Made by a program: the position numbers and the translations under genes. A stretch of DNA of 64,000 nucleotides from assembly GCA_024137785.1 (NCBI GenBank), contig JAHRHZ010000041.1, positions 5,407,052 through 5,471,051 of the forward strand, given 5' to 3'. This document shows, piece by piece, positions 53,126 through 64,000 of the stretch (position 1 is the stretch's first letter; every line of letters begins with the position of its first letter). The stretch comes from Ginglymostoma cirratum. Lineage: Eukaryota. A model generated the notes under the pieces. It saw nothing but the letters and a program-made list of their open reading frames with translations, ran no database searches and was not told the origin of the DNA.

Positions 53126-56100
53126 GGTCCCACAGGGGTTCTAGTCCCTTCTATTTAACAGTATCTACCTGATGTCTGTATGTAGATAATGAAGAGTCTG
53201 GGACCTCCCTGATGGTGAGAAAATGCTAAAATCTGCATTCAACATGCAAGAAAAACTGGCTCCCACAATGGATCCAAGTGCCTAAATATGCATAAAGTGT
53301 ATGAATACTTGACTGTGTCTCCAAGCTCCAAAAAAGGGACATTTGGAGATGAAAGGGGAGTGGAGCTCATTTACTGCTTTTCTATGAAACAATTATTGCT
53401 GGAACTATTTTGTGGATAGAATCTAATCCCAATACTGTTACTATTAAAGAACTGAAAGTCACTTCATGATTGCCAATGTTCTTGTTTGTACACAACGGAA
53501 TTATCCAAGCGGAGATAGATGATACATGCCACCCACAGTTCCCGAAACTTTCTGCTGAAGTGCTTCATGTGAAAAACAGCAAATTCTTATTGGCAACACT
53601 CCCCTTTAGTAGACAGATTATCTTCCTTCACATGTTTGTTCACAATCTTGTTCCTATTGCTTAGAAAGAAGATTTAACTAACTCTATTACAGGAAGTACT
53701 TGATTGCACCACTTCCTGATCAAACTGATATCACTGCATTCTAAGGTCTTGACCAGAAAGTTCCCAATCAGTTGCACATCATTTGCAACACCACCCAGCT
53801 CGGACAAGAAAGATGACAACCAGAATCTTAAGTGATCTTTCACGTTCCCTACTGATCAAGCTTCAGATAATTTGCCCCTTGATTAAGTGCCTTTGAAATT
53901 CATAGCCAAAAAAAAGCAAAGAGCTCATATAAAGGTAACATCCTGAGTAGCATCATCTGTTATTTAATACCATTGGGCATGCAGAGTAATCGGGTGCTAT
54001 GCAAACGCTCCCAGAGTTTTATATTGTTTAGAATATATTTATGAACTTCTGAATGATTGCAATGATAAAGCAATAGTTCTAATCTCATACAGTGCACGTT
54101 GGGTCTTGGAAACCGACCCATTCAATCACATCATGTTCTTCACACCTCAGTGTTGATACTCTGTACAGCACCAGTGCCTTGTGCCCAACTGTGGGAAGTT
54201 CAGATTGGAAAGAAAGATAGCCTTGCTCCTAAAGAAGTGCAAGGATTTTCTGCATCTAGGTTCTGACTTTGGTACAAATTTCTGGAGAAACGGTGTATAT
54301 TTACACCACTTTTTGTACTTTTACAAATCACATGACAGGGTGAGATTTTGCATGACTTGTCTCGTCAATTTGGACCCAGGGATAATCAGGAAAGAGGATA
54401 ATGTAGAGGAATAATTTTCCATGTATCTCTGAATGTCTCATCTCCTTTACACTGTATTTAGAACACAGAAAGAGGCCAATTGATCTCTGCTGGTGATTCT
54501 GTCCACGTCAGCCTTTTCCCTGTTTTCTTCATCCAATCCCATTATAGCTACTCTTCTCTACAATTATTTTCTACTCCTGTCTACTCATGCACTTGTCCAG
54601 CTTCCCCTCAAATGTATTTTTACTTTTCACTTTAACTACTACCTGTGGTAGTGAGTTCCACATTCTCACCATTCCCTAGGTAACACTTCAGTAAAATTCT
54701 ACTCGGATCTAAAGTCGCAACGAGAGGACATTATCCCTAAGATTCCTCTGGCTGCTGTCTTTATTGCAATGAATGATTAAAGGTTTCACTGAAAGTGCTT
54801 TTTGAAGATGACCCAACATTTGAACCCTTCCTTTTCCATACGGCTGTGAGCCAGGAGGCCTCAGATGGGAGCTTCCGAGCTGAGAAAGGATCAATGATTG
54901 TGACTGCTCATAGAGTTACAGAGTCATAGATGTCTACAGCACAGAAAATGGCCCTTCAGCCCGTCAAGTCTGTGCCAGTCAAAACCATGGAATAGTCTAA
55001 TCCCATTCATTCCACTGCTGCAACAGCAGGATGGACAGACCTTGCATGGTAGGGAAGGAGAGGCTGCGAGGAATGTATGCATAGGTGCTGGGGTGGGGAG
55101 GCTATATTTGTAATGGTTTTATAAGAATCTGCAGCGGATTCTAGAGTCCAAAGTCAAGGTGTGAGCCATAACATTTGGTTTTTATTAATGCCCATTGCTT
55201 CAATGCTGATACCAGCTCAGTTAGGTGTACCACCAATGTGGGTGTGCAAGAGGACATATCCTAAGTGCTTTCAGCTCATAGCCCCATACATTATTTTCTC
55301 TTGGTACAGCCTTCAGACTATTGACATTCCTTCACCATCTCTGGATCAAATTCCTGGAATTCCCTCCCAAACAACACTGTGGGTGTCCCTACAACCCCAA
55401 AGACTTCAGTAGTTCAAGAAGGCAGTTCACCATCACCTTCTCCAGGGCCATTAGGAACGGACAATAAATGCTGGCCCAGCCCTCATATGAAATATAAGTC
55501 ACCAACTCCTCAGAATGGATAAATACCATTAGCTGAGGTGGTGCGCAACCTCATCCATCCACATTTTGTTTCATTTGATCTTGAAGAATGGTGCCTTTGG
55601 ACCATCATCAAAATGTTCTCAAAATGCTTTGTGAAAGTTTGTGGATGGCAAGTTTAATGCAAACCAATCAGAACGTGACTGTTCCTTCCACTCGGGCACC
55701 AGTATCTCAAGATGAAGTTAGATGAGGACAATCTCCTTGCCCAATAACCCAGAGCAGTCTCATCACAGAGGCTAATGCTCTTCTTATTGGTTCCAAGGTT
55801 TTTGTATCCACTAACCTCTGAGAAATCCATTGATGACATTTGACACTAGTCTTCAACTTGCCTCACCCCTTCAACGTCATTTGTCCAATATTTCCTTCCA
55901 AGCTGTGAAAATACTCCATCTACATCCTCATTTTTCCAACAATGGGGAGGTTCAAAAGATCTGAGGAAGATTTGTTTTCTCTCCCGGAACCTGACTTGAT
56001 GTCATTTTGATAAAAACAAAATCCTGCAGATGCTGGAAACCTGAAACAAACGCAGATAATGCTGGAGAGACTCAGCAGGTCTGGCAGCATCTACAGAGAG

Positions 56101-57229
56101 AGAGAGAGAAACAGAGTTAACGTTTCGAGTCCTGTACAATATCTCTTCACAATTCCGAAGAAGAGTCATATCAGACTCGAAATGTTAACTCTGTTTCTCT
56201 CTCCACACATCCTGCCAAACCTGCTGAGTTTCTCCAGCATTATCCGTGTTTTCTGCTATTATTTAGCTTTGAATGAAATTCCATTAAATATTCTATCCCT
56301 GGTTTGATACCAGCACACACAGGAGAGCATTAATATTATTCAGTGTCAGCTCTATTGCTGTGTTAAATGGAAGTGGAAACAACAGACAATCATGCTTTCC
56401 CCAGTAATCCATTGCCCATTACTGGACTCTTTCTTGTTGGCACTCCTGTTTACTATGTTCGTATTACATCAATAGACTAGGACATCAAAAGTTGACAGCA
56501 AAGATCTCAAGTGACCAGGGGATGAGTGGTTGGATAGCAGAGCGAGGTGGAAGGTCCCTTGACATCCATTAATCCACTGCTCTATCCTGGTACCCAGCAC
56601 TGAAATGGATAATATTGCTACTTCTGCTAAGATCCACCATGCTCAAGGTTTGTGCTCAAAATAAACAAAGGGATTGTCAGACCAAACATTCCCACACATC
56701 TCCTATCAGTTTCAGTTTCCCAATATTATCAAGAAACCTTGCTCAGACAGTGTGAGGAACCCAGTGAGGATCTCTTTCTCCCGTCTTTGTGATAGGCTAT
56801 GTCTATATCCATCCACATTTGCTCAAGTCTGTTCACCCTAAGCAATTGTTTTGCTAAGACACCCATTAACTGGTTAACTGTTTCCCACAACCAAAGTATA
56901 AATGGGATAGGAAAATTATGGAAAGTAACCGAGAAACTCAGTAAAAAAACAGACACAAGAACCAAACAGGAGGAAAGAATATCAAAAACAATGAGGGATA
57001 TATATTGTCCAATATGTATTGGCAAAGTTTTTTTATATTTCTGATTTATCTACTTTGACAAGAGAATTAATGTTAACCAATACTTTTTTGGGAGGCTGAG
57101 ACCTGTAGTACCTATTACATAGGAAGAACTGGAATAAATCCAAGGTCTAGAGTGAACAGGCACATAAAGGCTAAAGCAATGTTCATCTTTAGCTCAAAGC
57201 AGTCATAGTATAAAGTGAGGTGATATTTC

Positions 57230-57755
57230 AATCATACAGAACCTTGGTCTCACATAATCTGCAGTAACTATGTTTAGTTCCAATCACTACATCAAGGAAG
57301 GACATACAGGTTTTGGAGAAGTGCAAAGAGGTAACACAGCTGAAAGGACTGAAATATTTAGGACAAGTTGCATAAACTTTATTGTGTTCTCTTGGGTTCA
57401 GAAGATTAAGAAGCATTATCATCAAGGTCCTTAAAGGATTTAAGAGGATGGATAGAGGAAACCATTTCTTCCAATGGGGCATCAAGGACAAGGGGACAGA
57501 ACCAGACGAGTGCACCTCAGGACTGAAATCATGAAACATTTCTCCACGTAAGGGTAGTGGGGATCTGGAACATTCTTCCCAAAATGCTGAGGGTCAATTA
57601 AACCTGCCAAGACTGAGAACAATATATTCTGCGATGGAAGGGAATCAAAGGATATGAAGCAAAAGTGGTCAGGTTGAATTACAGGTACAAATCAACCACA
57701 ATCTAATTGTGTGGCAGTGCAAGAACAGAGGGCTGAATGGCCTCTTCTCATGGCC
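57230..57755 (+). mobile_element. Degenerate CR1 3' fragment
   Basis: aggaaggacatacaggttttggagaagtgcaaag and the tail gggctgaatggcct. Confidence 0.7.
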
Positions 57756-57848
57756 ATTCTGATGATGTAGCTTTGTGCCTGAAGTGTGAACGGAAGCTAT
57801 GCCAATGTACTGGGCATTTTTAACACACGCACCAAGGTATTACAGAGA

Positions 57849-57976
57849 TTTTAGAGTAGATTTGTAGCTCGAGTTGTGGATGTTGTCGTCGGTTGGCTCG
57901 CCGAGCTGGTTTGTTGTTTTTCCGCAGACATTTCATTACCCTGCTAGGTCCCAGCTCGGCGAGCCAACCAACCACA
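57849..57976. mobile_element. Small fold-back insertion with a perfect 19-bp inverted repeat and 12-bp flanking direct repeat
   Basis: ggttggctcgccgagctgg (57891-57909) and ccagctcggcgagccaacc (57951-57969). Flanks gtattacagaga and gtattgcagaga. Confidence 0.8.
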
Positions 57977-58019
57977 GTATTGCAGAGAGTTGAATAACTG
58001 GGAGTGTTTTATATAAACA

Positions 58020-58940
58020 CTTTTTATTCATTCATAGGATGTGGGCGTTGCTGGCTGGCCAGCAATTATTGCCCATCCCTAATTGCCATTGAGAAGGTGG
58101 TGATGAGCTACCTTCATTAACTGCTGTAGTCCAAGTGCTGTAGGTTGACCCACAATGCCCTTTGGGAGGGAATTCCAGGATTTTGATTCAGCAACAGTGA
58201 AGGAACGTTGATAGATTTCCAAGTCAGGATGGTGAGTGGCTTAGAAGCAAACTTGCAGGGGATGACTTTCCCATGTATCTGCTGCCCTTGTCCTTTTAGT
58301 TGGAAGTGGTCATGGGTTTGGAAGGTGCTGTCTGAGGATCTTTGGTGAATCTCTGCAGTGCATCTTGCAGATAGTACACACTGCTGTGACTGAGCGTCGG
58401 TGGTGAAGGGTGTGAATGCTTGTGGATTCGGGCCCAATCAAGCGGGCTGCTTTGTCCTGGATGGCGTCAAGCTTCTTAGTGTTGTTGGAGATGCCCCCAT
58501 CCAGACAGGTGGGGAGTATTTCATCACACTCCTGACTTGTACCTTGTAGATGGTGGACAGGCTTTTGGGAGTCAGGAGGTGAGTTACTCACTGCAGTATT
58601 CCTAGCCTCTGACCTGCTCTTGTAGCCACCGTGTTTATGTGGTGAGTCCAGTTGAGTTTCAGGTCAAGATAACCTCCAGGATGTTGATACAGGAGGATTC
58701 AGTGATGCTAACACCATTTAATGTCAAGGGGCAGTGCATAGATTATCTCTTATTGAAGATAGTCACTGCCTGCCATTTGTGTGGCATGAACGTAACTTGC
58801 CACTTGTCAGCTCAAGCCTGGATATTGTCCAGATTTTGTTGCATTTGAAAACGGACTGCTTCAGTATCTGAAGAGTCACAAATGGTGTGGAGTGTTGTGC
58901 AATCATTGGTGAACATCTCCACTTCTGACCCTACGAAGGC
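58020..58940 (-). mobile_element. Non-LTR retrotransposon 3' end (CR1/L2 group)
   Basis: KKLDAIQDKAARLIG...LHHRRSVTAVCTICKMHC; its tail is shared with SINE family B. Confidence 0.85.
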
Positions 58941-60338
58941 TGGAAGGTCCAATCAGAAGGTCTAACTACATTAGAGGCACGTTGAGGATGAGATTTTGCA
59001 CCCAGAGGGCTGTAATGATCTGGAACTCACTACCCGAAGAATTACCTGAAGCAGAAATCATATTTAAAGAAAGTTTGGACTATCTCTTGACTGTTGAAAT
59101 TGACAGAGCAACAGACTAAAAGGTGGGATAAAATGTGGGAGCTTACTTCTGTCCAAATGGTCATGATGGGCTGAATGGCCTTCTGCTCCATAAATCTTTC
59201 TCTGCTTCTACCCTCCCTTGCCACATTTTTCTCTTAGTTATGTAGGTTGACCAGAAAATGAGGTTACTGGTGAGTAAGAGACAAATGATTTCTCTGGCTG
59301 TTGTCCCTACTTGCAGCGAATCATGTTTCAGTCTATAAGTGGACCTTCCCAAAGTAAACCCATATAAATGCTGTTGAAACTGGAAATCTCTCAGAGATGT
59401 CTCTGATAGCACTGCTTCCCAGTAGGAATTATTCCTGTGCTTTTAGGAGCAGCTGTTACTCTCACTGGCTAGTTAGTTTAACCTAGTTAGCTGAACACAA
59501 ATTTACAGCCTATAAAATAGGCTGGAAATCTGAAGCAAAAGAGAGAATAACGGAGAAACTCAGCTGGTCTGGCAGTATCCGTTGAGATAGAAACAGAGTT
59601 AACATTTTGCATCCAGAATGGCACTTCTTTAGAATGTTACACTACAAGCTGCCATCAACCAAACTTAAATAGACTTGCCCATTTAACCATATTCCTGGTT
59701 TAGCTAAACATATCCCTGCAACAGACAACATTTCTCAAGGTCTTTCCAATGGCACATGACAAAGGAAAATCTTGAGTTCCGAAACAGTGACTTGAGAATC
59801 TCAGCAAGCTCTTGGGCTGCCCAGCATGATTACAAGTTAGCCAGGAGAGATATCCCAGTGTGGTTTAACTAGTTATTGACTGAAGCTGATGTGCAGGACA
59901 GCCAATTGTTCTCGAGGGGCACAACCAAATCAAAAGGAAGGAGTTCAAGAGGATAGTAAGACCCTGGTGTAAAAGGCAACATGCGGCACAAGTCTGGTGC
60001 TACACAGCTGGTGTAAATCCCTGTATGAATTGAATTACATGCAGCAAGGTAGATGAAGTTGCATGCCATAGCGTCTCCGAGCTTGATATGATGGTGCTGA
60101 GGATCAGGGAAGGGAGAGGTAGGCAGTACGTGTGAGCGGGGCAGTCAGGAATGAAGTCATGTCTGTAACTGTGATGTCTCAGACTGATGGCCCAACTCTC
60201 CCGCGCAATCAGTGCACAATTCATCCCCTCCCCTCCCCATTCTGTAATCGGGTTACCTTACAAACTGTGTGTACCCGCTAGTGTTTTTATAGGCACGTCA
60301 CATGTCTTTAAGCACTGATGCTAAAATCGGTGCAATCT

Positions 60339-60426
60339 TCAAGCCTTTGGTGGGGTTTTGAGGTCGGTTTTGGAACCATAATGTCCACGCTCAGTGTTGG
60401 CACAGGAGTTTACCAGGCACTCCTTC
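60339..60426 (-). CDS. SCN4B: Sodium channel beta-4 subunit, last exon coding part (KKECLVNSCANTERGHYGSKTDLKTPPKA*)
   Basis: Minus-strand acceptor ctctctag|G in phase 2 joins the TM exon. Matches human KKECLVSSSGNDNTENGLPGSKAEEKPPSKV. Confidence 0.95.
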
Positions 60427-62225
60427 CTAGAGAGACCACAGCAAGCACCATGAGTAGAAGCACCTACCCACTGGTGATACACAGTTAACACTTTGCTTAC
60501 ACAGGGACACAGGAAACGCAAATGCAACCAGTTAAAACACTTCGGTTCTGAGTTTCCTCGGAGCTGTCGTAACTGTGCCTTAGCCTGGTTGTAGCTTCAC
60601 CTGAATGCTGGTAGGAAGGGATGCTTTCCCCAGTCTTACAGGAAAGATACAGCAATGCAGATGAAACAGCTCCCAGGAAATTCTGAGCCATTTTCAAGAC
60701 AAAAGGGATTGCATTTTAATAACGTCTTTCAGGATGTCCCACCGTGCTTTACATTCACTGAAATACTTCTAAAGTTAAGTTGCTGTTGTGATGTAAGAAA
60801 GATCGCAACACCTTCTGAGCACAGAAAGCTCTCCCTGGTTACAATGATGATACAATCTCTTTTGTCGCGTACTGTTGACTGAGAGATAAATGTTGACCAG
60901 AAATCTCCAAAGAGCATCCCTGCTCTTCTTCAAAATGGTGTCAGGGGATTTTTTTGGGACCTACCCACGAGGTGGACAGGACACTGGACTAACACCTCAT
61001 CCGGAAGACAGCTCCAATGACAACACAGCGCTCCCTCAGTACAGGTGTTGTGCTCAGGTCCCTGGAGCAAGACTTGAGCATATGCCCTCTCAGGCGTGTG
61101 TGCTGTCCAATAAGGCATGGGATAGAGGGAGGTTTAAGCAGAACAAAAAGAATGACAATGGAATAAATTTACAACAGGGACATAATCACGACTGAGGTAT
61201 TGGGTGAGGGAGGAGGTCAAAATTCAGATTGGCGTGACTTTGGCACAGGAAGATCCCATCATCCGATGAACTATGGTTGCTTTTGTCAGACACAAAATGG
61301 TGTCCAATCAGTAAGCAAGTAAATTATTTACCACAGTATTAGACAAGCCTTAACATTCAAAGAACATGATCAAAGTGATTGGGGGGAAGGATGGGGATGA
61401 GGGTGTGGGGTGGGGGAGCACAGCAGAGGGTAAGAAAGATTGCGCCAGACCTAACTCTAACCCTATCACAGGAGCAGAAAATCCAAGACTGACCCATTAA
61501 TCTCAACAGACAAGGAACATGTCAGCGAGTAATCAGAGCAAGGACTTTGTTCACAAGTCACAAATCCCTAATGATGTACTGGAACAAACAACTTAAACAC
61601 GATAACTGAGGTGCTGCCTGATCAGGTAAGGCTTTTATGCCTGGATTTTAAAATAATATGGCTCTCGATCTCAACAGGAAGTGTACAATCAATCCTCATT
61701 ATTCTGTTTGATGGGTAAATCCTTGCCAAGTATGGACTATAATTCAACATTGAAATAAATTGTGTCACATTAGATAGACGCTTCTATTAAAAAGCCTAAA
61801 CCTCAGACATGAGTAATCTCTACAGTGATCATATGAAAAAAAATTATTATTCTTACTTGCATAGAATTAGTGAAGCATCCAACAATAAAAATTGCAGATT
61901 GTTCAGTCCTCGATGTCTCTTAAGTAATCAGAGTTAAATTCTCTCTCTACATAGAAGGATAGGAAGCTCTTCGGCACATCACACCTGTGTTATTGCTAAT
62001 TCTTACTGACTGAACTACAGTTGAATATTACTTTTTAATCAATATCAGAGCCACGACGATAAAATCATAGGCACAAACTAGTGTGTGGTGCGAGGTATAT
62101 TGGAGCATGTTACAGTTAATCAGCTAGTTCGTCTTCTCATCCTACAAACTGATAGCTGCAAACTTTTGCTTTAAGATGCATTTTTAAAAATAATATAATG
62201 TTCCGCATATTTGCATCTTACTTAC

Positions 62226-62355
62226 TTCTTCTTTCCGACTCGCTTAATTATAAACATTACAAGCTTTTTAATAATAAATATTAGAATGATGAATCCTATC
62301 AACCCTCCGATTACAGACAGGATGATCACTGTCACTGTGTTGTCCACTTCTATCA
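62226..62355 (-). CDS. SCN4B: Sodium channel beta-4 subunit, transmembrane exon (xIEVDNTVTVIILSVIGGLIGFIILIFIIKKLVMFIIKRVGKK)
   Basis: Minus-strand acceptor ttacag| and donor AA|gtaag, 130 nt. Matches human SCN4B LEEVDNTVTLIILAVVGGVIGLLILILLIKKLIIFILKKTREKK. Confidence 0.95.
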
Positions 62356-62733
62356 CTGTAATACAAAGGGAAAGTTTTTCAAATTAGTACAATGAAAATC
62401 ACCAGTTAGACTCATCACAAAAGAACTAATATAGAGTGGGATACAGCAAGTACACATGAGGGAACAATGGGGTACAAGCAGAAATATAGAGATACGCACA
62501 CGGATATAGAGAAACAGGTGAACAGTGGATATACAAAAAGAAGGGTTATCAACAGATAGCGGAAATATTATTCCTCAACATCTGGTTTTATCAAAGTTAA
62601 AAAAGCAAAAATCTGAAACAGAAACCCAATTTTTGTTTCAGCAGAGGTAGGACAGCCAATCCATTTGCAGGAGGCAGGCTGGTTGTTCACGTATTTTCAC
62701 AAGGCTGTGTGCGTTCACTTTGAATATTTTTCG

Positions 62734-62969
62734 TGAAATAACTCCCCAAAGGCCAGTATCCTGTCACCCAGTCACATTTTATTTACACGTGGAGAGTTCT
62801 TGATACTGATCCAGCTAGCTCAGAGCAGGTTCCTATAAACAGGAGTGTCAAAGGTTCTGTTCATTATATGTGTTAGTCAGGGCTCCCTGATTGGACCAGA
62901 TTAACAGCCCCAAACAGGGAACTCATATTCTATGAGGCCGGCCTGGCTGACCTTGTTACAATCACTACA
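62734..62969 (-). mobile_element. Probable solo LTR (236 bp)
   Basis: The minus strand starts TGTAGT and ends TTTCA, with CCAAT, TATAA and AATAAA in LTR order. No clean TSD. Confidence 0.55.
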
Positions 62970-63599
62970 ATTCCATTTTTAACAACAGTTTGCCAAGCTT
63001 CAGGTAACTCAGCAGGTGAAAAGAGAAGAGCCATGTAAATGAGTTAAGGGACAACCCACTCTAGACACGGTGGTAGTGTCCCTACCCCGGGACCAGGAGG
63101 CCCAGGTTCAAGTCTCACTTGCGCCGTAAAATCTCTGAACAGGTTGATTAGAAAAAGATAGGATAAACTAGTTAAGTGGCCTTAAAGCACTGCTCGTGGG
63201 TCAGAAGGAACAGCAATCCTTCGACCAGGTTGAGAAAGTAGTAGTGAATCATGTCTTCATGATTCTGATCTGTCTGTTTATCCTTTCATGACTCCCTGGC
63301 AACTGGACCCCACTTGCCAACAGACCCGTCACTCACGCCCTCTCACTGATTGGACCTACTTGCTCTAAGGTCAGCTCCAGCCTTGTGCTGTCTGTCTTCC
63401 TATCTGATAGGCAGGGGGAAACCTGTAAGTCTCAGCTTCCCATTTCTACTCCATTCCACACTTTGAAGATCCCCAAGGATAAGTTTGAGGACAGGAAAAG
63501 AGAGGGATAAGACACACAAAGGAGAGGATAGAGTGACACAAGAGGACAGAGAGACATAGGGAATAGAAATATAAATGGAGACAAAGATAAGCAAGGGGA

Positions 63600-63602
63600 T
63601 AA

Positions 63603-63640
<38 letters not shown>
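63600..63640. repeat. (GA)n microsatellite within a purine-rich tract
   Basis: Direct reading of the sequence. Confidence 0.9.
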
Positions 63641-63643
<3 letters not shown>

Positions 63644-64000
63644 CTGATGGGTTTAGAGATATAGAGAAGGAGGTGGAAATACACCAGCAGGAATAGAGAA
63701 GCACACAAAGACAATTAAAGACACAGGTGTATAAAGAGACAAGAATGAACAGAGGCACACAGGCGAATAGAGAGATTTGGACTTTGGGATATTGTGGCTA
63801 TGCAGTGGGAAACAAAATTTTCACAAGTAACCTGTATCTCTAAATTAATCCCTATTTGTAAATGTGTAAAATTGTTAGATCTAATCAAAGCCTCTCGATA
63901 AAGTGGTATTTTAGAAATGTCACTCTGTATAAAATAGCTTAGCACTGACAGACCTCACCATTTGTTTCTGAACACAGTTTAATGAGATAGTTAAGAAGCA

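Noticed and set aside
63954-64000. Minus-strand donor-like ATG|gtgag as the end of the SCN4B Ig-domain exon
   Set aside because: The required phase-1 frame (LLNYLIKLCSETN) does not resemble the beta-4 ATIFLQVVD region, so that exon must lie beyond the window.

Overview
Eukaryotic, repeat-rich vertebrate DNA. The repeats (HE1-type V-SINEs, CR1/HER1 LINEs, Deu-type SINEs, Penelope-like elements) point to an elasmobranch, probably a shark (inference). Two convergent protein-coding genes can be built by hand from GT-AG exons. (1) A complete 13-exon TMPRSS4-like type II transmembrane serine protease on the + strand: CDS 19497..44872, 1368 nt, 455 aa, with TM, LDLa, SRCR and trypsin domains, an intact H/D/S triad, and a poly(A) signal at 47198. 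(2) The last two coding exons of a sodium-channel beta-4 subunit (SCN4B) on the - strand (62226..62355 and 60339..60426); its upstream exons lie beyond the window. The tail-to-tail arrangement matches human TMPRSS4-SCN4B synteny. Almost all other listed ORFs are repeat-derived or spurious. The most unusual non-coding signal is a set of short Penelope-derived terminal elements, many inserted as fold-back palindromes flanked by 10-17 bp direct repeats. They carry minimal hammerhead-ribozyme cores (CUGAnGA-A-stem-GAAACGUY), and several lie inside TMPRSS4 introns. Other observations: a diverged local duplication at 0.3-4.5 kb, a 163-bp templated copy inside a LINE, a 70-bp minisatellite between the catalytic His and Asp exons, and a tandem trimer of a tRNA-derived element. 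Repeat boundaries are read by eye and approximate.
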